This document shows, piece by piece, positions 39,228-51,370 of a stretch of DNA of 64,000 nt. Below the pieces are notes generated by a model. That model did not search any database and was not told where the DNA came from. It worked only from the letters and a program-made list of their open reading frames with translations. The translations under genes were made by a program, and so were the position numbers. This DNA comes from Octopus bimaculoides (Eukaryota). The DNA is taken from positions 18,223,014 through 18,287,013 of the forward strand of contig NC_068985.1 of assembly GCF_001194135.2 (NCBI RefSeq). Reading direction: 5' to 3'. Numbering within the stretch: the stretch's first letter is position 1; each line of letters begins with the position of its first letter.

Positions 39228-39928
39228 ATAAATAAAATTATTAGATGCATCATCTTTAAATATACATCTACCCCTAACTTGAGAGCTGAACCTATGGCCT
39301 TTTATTTTTCATCCAGAATTTCAATATAATATAACCTTGTAGAGGAATTAGTTGTTGGGTTGCAAGATAGATGATGCAACAATTAGAATCCCAAAAGACT
39401 GCAGAATGAAGTTTCCTTTATAAATTACAATATTGAAACATAGGTAAACCAATGACATACCACACACTCAGCACCAACCGTAAACAGAATTGGTAAGTCA
39501 GGTACAATGGCTGTCACTAATGAAATAAGTTTAAACAACTCCATATTTGGTAACCAATTATACACAAGGCACACTAATCTATTTTTCTAAGTTAAATTAG
39601 TGCTTTTGGAATATACAAGAACAGAAAGGAGAGCTAATGACAGTATAGGAGAGGAGAGATTGTACTTGTTATCAAGTGTGACCCTTCAAGCAGGGATATT
39701 GTTTGGATGTTGAGATGCAAATAGAACAGAGGAGCTAAGGGTTAGCTCTCCTTTTCTGATGATAGTAACTTTTTAGAGAATATGAATGAAATTAAATGGA
39801 GCTCTGGAAAACAAAAAAAAAAATAAAATGTGAGAAGGCAATCAGTGCTTTTGTTGGTTGTTGTGACTCTCCAAATGTTCTTCAAGAGTAACACTTTCGT
39901 TTGAATTCTCTTGATGAATAAATTACAT

Positions 39929-40589
39929 TTATAATTTTTTTAAGGGAATGTTGCAAATCTTTAAATGTTTTTTAAGATATCGATTGTTATAAAAACATTT
40001 CCTGCAATGTTCACACCTATACGGTCGGTTATCTTCATGCATATTCTGGTGAGCTTCGAAAGTACTTCGGGAATTGAAACCACGCCCACATATCTTACAA
40101 GTCATTTTGTAGTGACCGTCATGAGACATCTGATGCAATCTTATACCCCATCTGGTAAAAAACTCTTTCCCACAGTGATCACAGTTATAAACTTTCCCAT
40201 CGTGAATTTTAAGATGTTCATTCAGAAGACTTTGGCTGAAGAATTTTCGTGGACATCGAGGACATTTGAAAAGTGTTCCTTCATGCTTCCTCTGGTGAGT
40301 CTTCAAGTTCCCTTTAGTTGAAAATGTCTTTTTACATGTGGGGCACTCAAGTAAATTGACAGAGGATGGCAAATTTGGTTGTATCTGAGATGATAAAAGA
40401 TCACAGCCACTAAGCTCTAATGAAAGTACTTCTTCAGTGTTACAGTCACTTTCATCTAATGTATTTATACGTACTTGCCTTGACATTTCAGGGGATGAGG
40501 ATATTTTGTAAGAATAATCAGCAATACTCTGACCATCTTCACCCTTTTGATCCAACAGTGGACTAGATTGCTTGTCATGGACCAGATCA
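39929..40589 (-). CDS. C2H2 zinc-finger terminal exon A (5 fingers, last one C2HC), proposed proximal alternative last exon of the BTB gene
   Basis: Intact ORF: CPTC…HQRKH, CPRC…HLKIH, CDHC…HQMSH, CKIC…HQNMH, CEHC…HLKIC, stop at 39929-39931. In-frame phase-2 acceptors at 40590 (ttctttcattgacAG) or 40689; the true 5' boundary is uncertain. Confidence 0.88.
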
Positions 40590-41262
40590 CTGTCAATGAA
40601 AGAATTTAGCCATGTATTAGGCTTTGAAACTAGACACTGCGGGAAAGGTTTAGAAAACAATAAATCTAGTAAAAAAGAAAGAAAATATCTAAATAAAAGA
40701 TATCAGAAAAAAATAAATACAAATTAGTAGTGGATCTATTCTCGTACTTTTTACAGCCATTTTTTCCTGTTTGTATGGGTTAGGTGAGTCTTTTCCAACA
40801 CAGTGTCTTGCCAAGTGTTACAATGTCATCTTTGTGATAGTCAGCATTTTGAAATCAGCATTCATCACTTCTTCCTATGTCTTGCAAGGTCTTCCTCAGT
40901 TCCTTCCCCTTGGACCATTTGCCACTTCTTTACACAGATGTCATCACTCCATATGAAATTGTATGTCTATATACCAGCAGTCTTCTTTCTTCTATTACTA
41001 CAGCTAACTCCACTTATACCCAATTTTCTCTTGGCTCATTTGTGCTCCATTAATCATGAAGTAATATTACACAATAAGCAAAACAAGCTTAATTCATTTC
41101 TTTCAAGACTCTGCACATCCTCCACTGAACTGTTAATTGTTAATTCTCATTAACCAAGTCTGCTGCCATGCAACATCATACTTTGTACAAAAGACATCAT
41201 AGAATCTCCCCTTCACTCAAAACTAAAGAAGAACAGATTACTTGTATTCAGTGTACTATTAC

Positions 41263-41434
41263 TTCTAAAAGCAATGAAGTTGCCAGTAGAGGTAACAGTT
41301 CTAAAAGCAATGAAGTTGCCAGTAGAGGTAACAGTTCTAAAAGCNNNNNNNNNNCTAAAAGCAATGAAGTTGCCAGTAGAGGTAACAGTTCTAAAAGCAA
41401 TGAAGTTGCCAGTAGAGGTAACAGTTCTAAAAGC
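41263..41434. repeat. 36-bp tandem repeat spanning a 10-N gap
   Basis: Unit ctaaaagcaatgaagttgccagtagaggtaacagtt, about 2 copies on each side of the gap; copy number may be an assembly artefact. Confidence 0.85.
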
Positions 41435-42129
41435 AAAGTCCTATTCCATAGGATAAAAAACAAAGTCAATTTTGATAGAACTTGAATTCAGAATGTACAG
41501 ACAGACAAAATGCCACTAAGCATTTTGCCAGCTCACTGCCTAACCTAAATTAATATTGAATCCAATAGTACATATGTATGTATATTATTTTGGGATTTTG
41601 TTGGTGGTTGTTTTTCTTTTTTAATATTCAGTGAAAAGTATTTTGTTGCTGGTGTTAACAAGTTATACTAATAGTCTATTAAGTTATACTAGTATTATAT
41701 AAGGTTATATTCATATTATACTAGCATTTCAAGTGAAGGGTTACATCATGCTAAATCAGTTGAGACTGAAATTTCTTCTGACTCAACTTAAAGTTGAAGG
41801 AGTTTACAACATCCATTTTCCTCCAACTTCTATTTTAGTCAAACCTTAGTAGCTTCATTCTACAGAAGTTGAATTTTACTTACGTTATCTAATATACAAA
41901 CAAAACTCTCTTGAATATACAGAAGTTCTTTCAAATATCTTTTAGCTACAGATAGCCATGACTTTTGAACAAGCACAAACCTTGCCCATAGTAAACTTAT
42001 AATATTTTCCAACATTTCTAGTTATTTGTCAAAATAATGTTAATTCAACATCATTTTTACATTCACTTCTCCCATTTCATGTCCTATCATTTGTTCCATT
42101 CTTATGTCATTTCTTTTGTGATTTCAACA

Positions 42130-42620
42130 TCCTGAGATCAACTTTCGCCACTTCTGCCCATATCTCCCTTCATCTTCCTCTTGCACTGGCTCTTTCCACA
42201 TGGATCTCCTGGTACCTCTTTACCCAATTACCATCATCCCCATGTATTGACTCTCTTGCAAAACATCCAGTTCATTTTATACCTTGTTTTGCTCTCAGTC
42301 CATTGTCCATGCACACTAACATTACACATCCAATGGAGAACGCTAGTTTCATTTCTTTCCTACTTTTGTATATCCTCGACATTCAGTATCTATGTCTCAC
42401 TACCATGCATTATTATAGTTCATATACAGTCATTGTACAATCTACCCTTTGCACAAACAGAGAATCCCCTAGTGTCAGCAGAGGAAATAGCTCTCTGAAT
42501 TTTTACCATCCTGTTCTTATTTTGATTACTATGATTTCAGAGTAGCCTCCACCACTGTTAATTGCATTGCATAGTTAACAGAAGCTTTCAACTACTTCTA
42601 TAGAACTTTTTGAACATTGT
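42130..42620 (-). mobile_element. RTE LINE C-terminal remnant
   Basis: catgcacactaacattacacatccaatggagaacgctagtttc…gcagaggaaatagctctctgaatttt is collinear with the copies at 35790-35990 and 47650-47850. Confidence 0.7.
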
Positions 42621-42904
42621 AAAGAGTATATTTTATGGTTATCTTTGAGAGAAAAATTAAAATGAAGATTTAAAGCTTGGAACTAGTCAAAGAGTGATAT
42701 GGCAGAGATCTTCAGAAATGAAATAATCATAACTCTAATGTAGGAACTCAATGTTGGTAATATAGCCAATACAAATGTCACAGTCTCCCAAATGAAGTGA
42801 TAGTTTACTCTTCAAATGCAAATAAAACTACATATGTAGCCTTATCTGAGACAATGTCCTCTCAAATGCTACAGTCATAATATACATACCTACACAGCTT
42901 GGTC

Positions 42905-43004
42905 ATGGGTTTAAGTAGTGAAACAACCCATCACACAAATTTATATGAAACAAAATGGGTTTAAGTAGTGAAACAACCCATCACACAAATTTATATGAAA
43001 CAAA
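42905..43004. repeat. Perfect 50-bp tandem duplication
   Basis: atgggtttaagtagtgaaacaacccatcacacaaatttatatgaaacaaa occurs twice (42905 and 42955). Confidence 0.9.
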
Positions 43005-44299
43005 AATGTTCAGATGTTGGTTAACTGTGTAACTAGGAATGATATAAACCATGCTGATCTGAAAATAATAGGTTTGCTGAATAACAATGAATCTCAAAGC
43101 AAACTTCTCACTAATTTTCTTTTGCCACCTGCCTTTCTCTTTTGCAAAGATTATGATACAGTGACAGCAGATATAGATATACAGAAGGCAACCTTAGCAG
43201 CGGAAGTTCAACAAAAATCATAACCATACTTATCACAATGGTTTATTCTATAAAAGATCAAAGTATCAAAAAAGGTCCTTCCTAAGTCAAAGTCTCGTAA
43301 AGTCAGTTTCCTGCATTCTGTGACATATATATTCCCCACCTGGATGAGACATCAGTTTGTTACAGGGATATTCGTTTTCATTAACTGAGTGGGCTGGAGC
43401 AACATGAAATGAAGTGTTTCGCTCAGGAACACAGCACATTGCCCAGTACAGGAATTGAAATCACATTCTTATGCTTATGAGTGCAATCCCCTAACCACTA
43501 AGTCGTGTGTCTCCTAGAAATGGTAGTCAGCCATAAAACAAAATCCAAGATGCAGTACAACAAATTATGCAATAAAACCATAGATACATGATGATGTCAA
43601 AAAAAAAAAAAACACCCAGTGATCTTTGTAAAGATTGGAATTTGGAAGGGCATCAAGCTGTAGAAACCTTACCAAAGCAGACATTGGAGACCAACACAAC
43701 CCTCAAGCTAAGCAAATCCTGTCGAACTGTCCAACCCATGTCAACAAAGAACAGATATTAAATTATGATGATGATGATAAAATACTGAGCCTGTGTTGTA
43801 CACACTAAATATGGTAATGGTGTGAATTATACATAAAGATTATCAATTAATCGCGCCAATTCTTTTATTAAATTCATCAGTTTCAGCTTTGTTGATGTTA
43901 ATGTGGAAACAAGGAAAGTGGCAGCAGGGGCAGTAGCAGCAGTAGTGTGTAGGCAAATAGTTGTTTTAAGATTGCAGTAAGATGGAAATACTGTGTAAAG
44001 AAGATAGATATAAACAGTAGGACGAGTTGAGACTGCAAGAGAAGCTGAATATTACTGGTAGCAGAGAGACAAGTTGTGGTTGCTGTTGTTGTTGTTGTTA
44101 TTGCTTAGCCCCAGGGTTGTCCTGATCAAGTTGACCTATGATCAATGGCACTCCTGTGAAGACTATCCTGTCTTATTCCCAGACATTATATTTATGCAAT
44201 GTAGTCCAACATATATTAAATATACAATGTCCTTCTTTTCTTTTTAAGATGGTAGGGTGTGAATTAAGAGAGATTTGGGTGCTATTTATTTCTTTACTG

Positions 44300-44520
44300 C
44301 CCACAAGGGGCTAAATATAGAGGGGACAAACAAGGACAGACAAAGGGATTAAGTCGATTACATCGACCCCAGTGCGTAACTGGTACTTAATTTATCGACC
44401 TCGAAAGGATGAAAGGGAAAGTCGACCTCGACGGAATTTGAACTCAGGATGTAACAGCAGATGAAATACCATTAAGCATTTCGCCCAGCGTGCTAACATT
44501 TCTGCCAGCTCACCGCCTTT
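44300..44520 (-). mobile_element. SINE (same family as 9259), partly CpG-decayed
   Basis: Reverse complement aggcggtgagctggcagaaatgttagcacgctgggcgaaatgc…gtcgaggtcgac. Confidence 0.85.
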
Positions 44521-45529
44521 GGGTGCTATTTCTAACAAGTTGAGCAAATACTTAGAAGCATTCTTGTGTGGCTCATAGGGTGTGAGATAATACCAATTAG
44601 GTTTGTGAGAGGAAATATCATAGTAACTCAAGATTCCGTTTATAGTCCTCATATATAAAACTCCTTGCAAGTCATCTAGACTCCTAAGGCCAGTTGCTCA
44701 GTTTATGTGGCTTATATATTCCTCTCTGGACAGGACACCAGTCCATAGCAGGATTACTCATTTTTGCCAGCTGAGTGGACCAGAGCAATGTGAAATGAAG
44801 TGTTTTGCTCAAGAACATAATGCATTGCCTGCTCCAGGAATCAAAACCAAAATCTTATAATCATGAGTCCAACACCCTGACCACTAGGCTGCATACCTCC
44901 ACTAGTCCACATATATACCCATAAGAAGTAGAAAGAATTGTTTTATGATAACAAATGAGAAACAACTAAGGCAAAAAAGACTTGCAATATTTGGTGGGGA
45001 GTTTACTCTGCAAAGCTCTGGCTGAGTTACAGGTCTAGCAAAGAGGAAGAACACAGATTCAACCACAAAAAGGGCTGAGAGGGCCCCTAGATGGATCTGA
45101 ATAAAGGGGACAGACCAATGGTTGGCTGCTACAGGGATGCATACTGGGATATGATCAACCCTGGCTGGATCATCTGGGTGAGGGGTCAAATGTTGAAAGA
45201 GCTGAAACTCCCTAAACAGTTAAAAATTTTGCCAAGTTCAACTTTGCCTTTCATCCTTTCAGGGTCAATGAAATAAATATCAGTTGATGTAATTGATTAG
45301 TCCCCACCCACCAAATTTCAGGCTTTGTGCACATAGGAGAAAGGATAACAGTCATGAATTCAAGTAATATTTTCATTTGTAATGCTAGCTTCAGAATACA
45401 ACCTATACAAGTGTCATCCAGTCTGGAAGGATAAAGAAATCAGAGTCATTTCTTATAAATTATTGCCACCATTCTTCGCCATGAGAGAAAAACTGGTAAT
45501 CAAATATACAAATATCCTATTATAAGCAC

Positions 45530-46040
45530 AAGGCCTGAAATTTGGTGGAAGGGAGGGAGCTAGTCAATTACATCAACCCCAGTATGTAACTGGTACTTGT
45601 TTCCTCGACCCTGAAAGGATGAAAGGCAATGCTGAACTCAGTAAAATTATAACTCAGAATGTAAAAACAGATGAAATGATGCTAAGCATTTTGTCTGACA
45701 TGCTAATGATTCTGCTTGCTCACCATCTTCATCATCGTTTAATGTCTGCTTTCCATGCTGGCATGGGTTGGATGATTTGACTGAGGACTGGCAAACCAGA
45801 TGGCTGCACCAGGCTCCAATCTGATCTGGCAGAGTTTCTACAGCTAGATGCCCTTCCTAATGCCAACCACTCCGAGAGTGTAGTGGGTGCTTTTATGTGC
45901 CACCGGCACGAAGGCCAGTCAGACAGTACTTGGCAATGGCCACGCTCAAATGGTGTTTTTTACGTGCCACCGGCACAGGAGCCAGTCCAGCGGAACTGGC
46001 AACAACCTCACTCGAATATTTTTTCACGTGCCACCATCAC
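45530..46040 (-). mobile_element. CpG-decayed SINE (45530-45730) adjacent to an RTE 3' UTR (45725-46040)
   Basis: Matches the 9259 SINE family and the catcatcgtttaatgtctgctttccatgctggcatgggttgg RTE tail. Confidence 0.75.
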
Positions 46041-46389
46041 CATCTTCATCAAATATACAAATATACAGACAAATGTGTTTACATATAGAAATAGAGACAC
46101 ATGTGAATAATTCATTAAATGCTTGCATTTACAAACTGGAGAAAAATGTACTCAATTTATAGATTTTATTTTGAAGTTGGAAGATAAGATACACCCACTA
46201 GCATCATATTTATGATCTTCAGTAACAAGATGATCACAAATGTGAAACTGCAAGAACCTGAAGGAATTTTGGCATCAAAATAATACTCATATATGTGTAT
46301 ACTCTCTCCAAATGTTGGTATTTTGGTTATGATAAAGCAATTTTGCACGTCTTTTACATACTGGTTACAGTTAGTATAAGGGAGGTAAT

Positions 46390-46770
46390 CCTTTCTTCAG
46401 GTGACATTAACATCAGAGATGCTTTGCACATGTAGAAACTGCAGGAGCTACTCAGAGGTTTGGAAAATTCTTCTAAATCCACCTCAATGCTAGTAATCCT
46501 TCAATATTATCAACAGGTATCTCAGGGTCACAAGTGTTTTGCCTTTAGCCTGTACACATTACCTGAGTAGGGCAGCAAGAACTGATCTAGTCTTCACCTG
46601 CAGAAAGATTCTAATTGCGGTCTCTAATCAGCCATAACCACCTTGAGTTGGTTTCAGCTGCTGTGCCTATCTCCTTCATGACTCTCTTCAGCTGCCTGGG
46701 TTCCAGACCAATCTTCTGCAGGAAATAGTAGACTGGTCGACCTGGAAAACTGCAGTAGGTGAATTCCATG
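46390..46770 (-). mobile_element. HERO/NeSL-type RLE non-LTR retrotransposon 3' end
   Basis: Minus strand FPGRPVYYFLQKIGLEPRQLKRVMKEIGTAAETNSRWLWLIRDRN* fits the HERO C-terminal GF…AAE.ASRWLWL motif. Confidence 0.7.
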
Positions 46771-46821
46771 GAGAATGAGGTTGCATGCCATTGCTTAACA
46801 AGGGGGAAAAAATATTCACTT

Positions 46822-47960
46822 CACACTGTAAGGTGGTGGCATTAGGAAGGGCATTCAATTATTAAAAAAACATGTCAACTGAGACTGGGGCTCAGTACAA
46901 CCCTGTGGCTTGCCAGATCCTGTAAAACTGTCCAACCCATGCCAGCATGGAAAACGGATGGTAAATGATATATATCATCATCATCATCATTTAATGTCCG
47001 TTGTCCATGCCGGCATGGGTTGGACGGTTTGACCAGGGCTGACAAGCTAGAAGGCTGTACCAGACTCCAGTCTGATTTGGCATGGTTTCTATAGCTGGAT
47101 GCCTTTACTAATACCAACTACCCCGAGAGTGTAATGGGTGCTTTTACATGCCACCAGCATGGGTGCCATTTGCATGACACTAGTATCTGCCATGATAGTG
47201 ATTTCACTTGGCTTGATGGGTCTTCTTCTCAAGCACAACACAATACCAAAGGTCTCAGTCATTGCCTCCATGAAGCCCAATGCTCAAAAGGGGCTTTTCA
47301 CATACCACCGGCATGGATGCCAGTTACATGACACCAGCATCAGCCAGGACTACAATTTCACTTGACTTGACGGGTCTTCTAAAGCACAGCATATCATCAA
47401 AGGTCTCAGTCACTAGTCATTGCCTCCGTGAGGCCCAAAGTTCGAAGATCATGCTTCACCACTTCGTCCCATGACTTCCTGGGTCTATCTCTACCACAGG
47501 TTCCCTCCACAGTTAGAGATCAGCACTTCTTTACACAGCTGTCCTCGTCCATATGCATCACATGACCATACCAGCACAATTGTCTCTTGTACATCACACA
47601 CAACGCCTCTAATGCCCAACTTTTCTCTCAAGATGCTTTCACTGTCAAACATGCACATTGATGCAGCACATCCAGCGAAGCATACTGGCTTCATTTCTTT
47701 CAAGCCTACGCATGCCCTCAGCTGTCACAGCCCATGTTCCACTGCCATGTAGCATAGCTGTTCACACACAGGCACCATACAATCTGCTTTTCACTCTGAG
47801 GAAGAGGCCCTTTGTTGCCAGCAGAGGTAGGAGCTCTCTGAACTTTGCCCAGCTTAATCTTATTCTCACAGCAACGCTCTCGGAGCACCCACCATCGTTA
47901 CTAACTCAGTCACCTAGATAATGGAAGCTATTTACTACCTCTCGCTTACCTCTCTGGCAG
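46822..47960. mobile_element. Tail-to-tail RTE copies: short plus-strand 3' end (46822-46969) and longer minus-strand copy (46977-47960)
   Basis: The two (GAT/CAT)n tails meet at ~46970-46990. Minus ORF MKPVCFAGCAASMCMFDSESILREKLGIRGV is an RTE C-terminus remnant. Confidence 0.85.
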
Positions 47961-48149
47961 TTGATGGAGTCTATTTTCTGTACATTTTCAGTGTTTATTG
48001 TACCTATGCATCTTCCACACACACACAAAAAAAAAAAGAAAATCTCTGACATGTCAATTTATTGGACCACAAATGACTCCTAGCTCCTTAGATACCATTG
48101 ACTTTGCTCAACTTCTCAATTTAAAGTGTCACTACTCCCAAACACTCAC

Positions 48150-48545
48150 CTATGGTCATGAATCTTGAGTAATGACCAAAAGAGTATAATCAGGAATGCA
48201 AGTGGCAGAAATGGCATTCCTCCAAAGGATCTCTGAAATAATGTTACTCAACATGGTGCAGCATAACTCACAGATCAAGGAATCTCTCCAAGTCGAGATG
48301 CCGCTTCTACACTGACAGGTCACCGATCTGATACTATGGACATGTGATTAGAATGTGATAGTAAAGAATTGAAAGACAGATTCTTCAAGCTAAGCCAACT
48401 GGAAGGTGACCAGGGACAGACCAAGAACAAGATGGTTGGATGGTTGGAAATCCAGCAAGAAAGTCTAATGACAGCTGCATCTGATAGAACTATATGGAGA
48501 AGGAGCCTGAGAACTCTACTCCCATGACCCTACCAAGAATAGCAA
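48150..48545 (+). mobile_element. RTE/BovB-like C-terminal remnant
   Basis: Frames read YYGHVIRM, LEGDQGQTKNKMVGW and LMTAASDRTIWR, similar to GHV.R…GRPR.RW.D…AAQDR..WR. Confidence 0.55.
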
Positions 48546-49929
48546 GTAATCAAGATGGATGGATTATATTCATTGAAAGCATGCAACATACATGAACAAA
48601 GTGAAACATCAAGTTACTCTCTAGCATCCTAACCTGTTAAAGGTTGAATTTAAAGATTATAACTATGCCATTGTGGATTTCTTTTAAAATTATTTATAAA
48701 ATTTACAAAGAATTAAGCATAAGACAAAACATACAAAACTGAAAAAAAAAGACGATGTGTTTATCAAAAGGCTGTAAAGTAAAAGGGTATAAAAAAAATG
48801 ACTAAAACAATTTAATAAAAGAAAATCAAGAACATCTTTTTTCACAAGTTCAGAAATCTAAAGTATAGCAAAGTTAAAACTAAAAGATAGGACAACTAAA
48901 AAAAAGCTTCACCATCATCATTATCATTAATTGTCTGTTTTCCATGCTGGCATGGGTTGGACGGTTTGACAGGAGCTAGCAAGCCAGAGTGTTGTACCGG
49001 GCTCCAGTTGTCTGTTTTGACATGGTTTCTATGGCTGGATGCCCTTCAATTTACAGAATATACTGGATGCTTTTTATGTGGTGCCAGCATGATCTTAAAA
49101 TAAATAAAATTCAATTACATATGTACTTTCCTTTTTCGAGATTAGTTTTTTAGTATCAGAGAGAATCTGACTGCATTGAAGATAATCAGATAACTAGGCT
49201 TGACTGACAATATTTTGGGATTTTAGATTTGTTGTCTCCTGAAGTTCAATAGAAGTATCGAAATCTCAGTAGACATGGAAAATTGTATGTATGTATAAAT
49301 ATATGCGATGGAAGTCACATGTAGTCCAAAAAAGACGGTTCTGCAATTCCTTGATGAACAACCTGACAAATGATTTGTCAATAGTGATCAAGTGTACGTT
49401 ACCTCACTCACTCCCTCCATCGAATCAACTTTGCCTAAACAGGTTCACAGGGTAACCCACACGTCATGTATCAAAGAGCAGTGTGAGATGAAGAGCTTTG
49501 CAGAAGAACACAATGCACCACCCAGTTCAGAAGCTGAAACCATGATCTTGCAATCAGGAATGCAGCACCCTAACCACATGGCCATGCAATGTCATGTATG
49601 TACACATGAACATACGTATATGTATATGCACACCAACCAGTAAATGACTGTGTGTGTGTGTGTGTGTGTGTGCGTGCATGCATGTGTGCGTGTGTGTGTC
49701 TGTGTGGTCTTCAGAGGTATGGCAAGTGATTTGGTATGAGGCTATGTTGAAACTGAGACACTATCAGCCAAGAAGTCACATAGCCATTCAAAACCCCACA
49801 AAAATTGTTAACTTCACTGAAACATTTATTACTTGGTGCCAAAATTTTCATGGCACACATTGAGACATGGTCATTTGCATAGTTCCATTGAAAATGGTTT
49901 GAGACAAGGCCATGTATGTATGTGGCTAT

Positions 49930-51370
49930 GTATGTATATATATATGGGAGAATATACAAAAAATAACAACAGACGAGGACAGGTGGTGTAAATAACAAAA
50001 GTATATATTAGTATGACGCTCGGGAATACGGAAAGTCTTTGACGTTTCGAGCTACGCTCTTCAACAGAAAGAATACGGAGACAAGGAGAAAAACACGGAG
50101 AAAAAAAATTGAATAGTGTTCAGTCAACGGTCAATCATAATAATGGCCGATCATAACAATGACTGACCGGAAGTTAGAAATTCTTATTTCAGGAGAGCTA
50201 AGAAAGGGGGAGATAACAAACGGTGATCGGGAACGAGGGGCTGTGTGTGGGAGGTAGACTGCTGGTGATCTNNNNNNNNNNNNNNNNNNNNNNNNNNNNN
50301 NNNNNNNNNNNNNNNNNNNNNNNNNNNNNNNNNNNNNNNNNNNNNNNNNNNNNNNNNNNNNNNNNNNNNNNNNNNNNNNNNNNNNNNNNNNNNNNNNNNN
50401 NNNNNNNNNNNNNNNNNNNNNNNNNNNNNNNNNNNNNNNNNNNNNNNNNNNNNNNNNNNNNNNNNNNNNNNNNNNNNNNNNNNNNNNNNNNNNNNNNNNN
50501 NNNNNNNNNNNNNNNNNNNNNNNNNNNNNNNNNNNNNNNNNNNNNNNNNNNNNNNNNNNNNNNNNNNNNNNNNNNNNNNNNNNNNNNNNNNNNNNNNNNN
50601 NNNNNNNNNNNNNNNNNNNNNNNNNNNNNNNNNNNNNNNNNNNNNNNNNNNNNNNNNNNNNNNNNNGTAGAGGTGGGGTATGGGGGAGTGGGTGTAAGGA
50701 ATGGGGGATAGGATGAATAGGGAAGGTGGGATTGGATTGTGTAGGGGTGGGGTTACGAGGGAGGGGTGACGATGAAGGGAGAGGGGGAAGGGATAAGGTG
50801 GGTAGGAGTGAAGAGAAGAGAGAAGGAGAGTAGGAGTAAAGAGAAGTTAGGAGTCGGAGCAAGAGAGGAGAGAGGAGTAGGGTTAGATGAAGAGAGGAGG
50901 AGAGTTGAACTCATGTGGCACAAAGGAACGAAGAGAGAAGATTAATCCCTCTTCACAGCGAAAACGGGAGTCCAGATGGCCCCTGTGCAAGGACAACCCA
51001 AACACAGACAGGTGTTGCAAAGAGTGACCAGTAGAGCGGAAATGGTGCGAGACTGGGGTATCAATGCCAAGTCGGATGTCTCAGAGGAATTCCATGAACC
51101 GGTCAGCCAAGCGGGGAACAAGCAGGGTTGGGAGGTTGGGTTAGGGAAGAAGCTGTGGACCAAGAGGTCTCGGAGGTTGTGGGTTCGTTTGGAGGGGAGG
51201 GGTCGGTTAGGGAAGATGTGTGAAGTGGAGGGGTCGGACTGGAGTCGCCAGAAGGCTCAGAGAATGGTGCGTTGGAGAGGTAGGGTGGTGGGGTGGTAGG
51301 TGAGGGGAAACAGGAGACAGCGGGGCGGATGTGGGGGGGAGAGAGCAGATGCACGGTCCACGGAACATGC
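49930..51370 (-). mobile_element. Penelope-like element 3' portion (RT-EN linker, GIY-YIG C-terminus, pseudo-LTR with hammerhead motif)
   Basis: Minus strand FPLTYHPTTLPLQRTIL*AFWRLQSDPSTSHIFPNRPLPSKRTHNLRDLLVHS then RLADRFMEFL*DIRLGIDTPVSHHFRSTGHS…EEGLIFSLRSFVPHEFN. Hammerhead motif at 50041-50067. Confidence 0.88.
50036..50072 (-). ncRNA. Minimal type I hammerhead ribozyme motif (probably inactive, A6-to-U)
   Basis: TCTTT-CTGTTGA-A-GAGC-gta-GCTC-GAAA-CG-TC-AAAGA: stem I 5 bp, stem II 4 bp, palindromic ACGT stem III. Confidence 0.65.

Noticed and set aside
41263-41434. 36-bp direct repeats as a CRISPR array or repeat protein (SKSNEVASRGNS)n
   Set aside because: Units are contiguous with no spacers, the context is eukaryotic, there are no splice signals, and the repeat straddles a 10-N gap, suggesting an assembly overlap.
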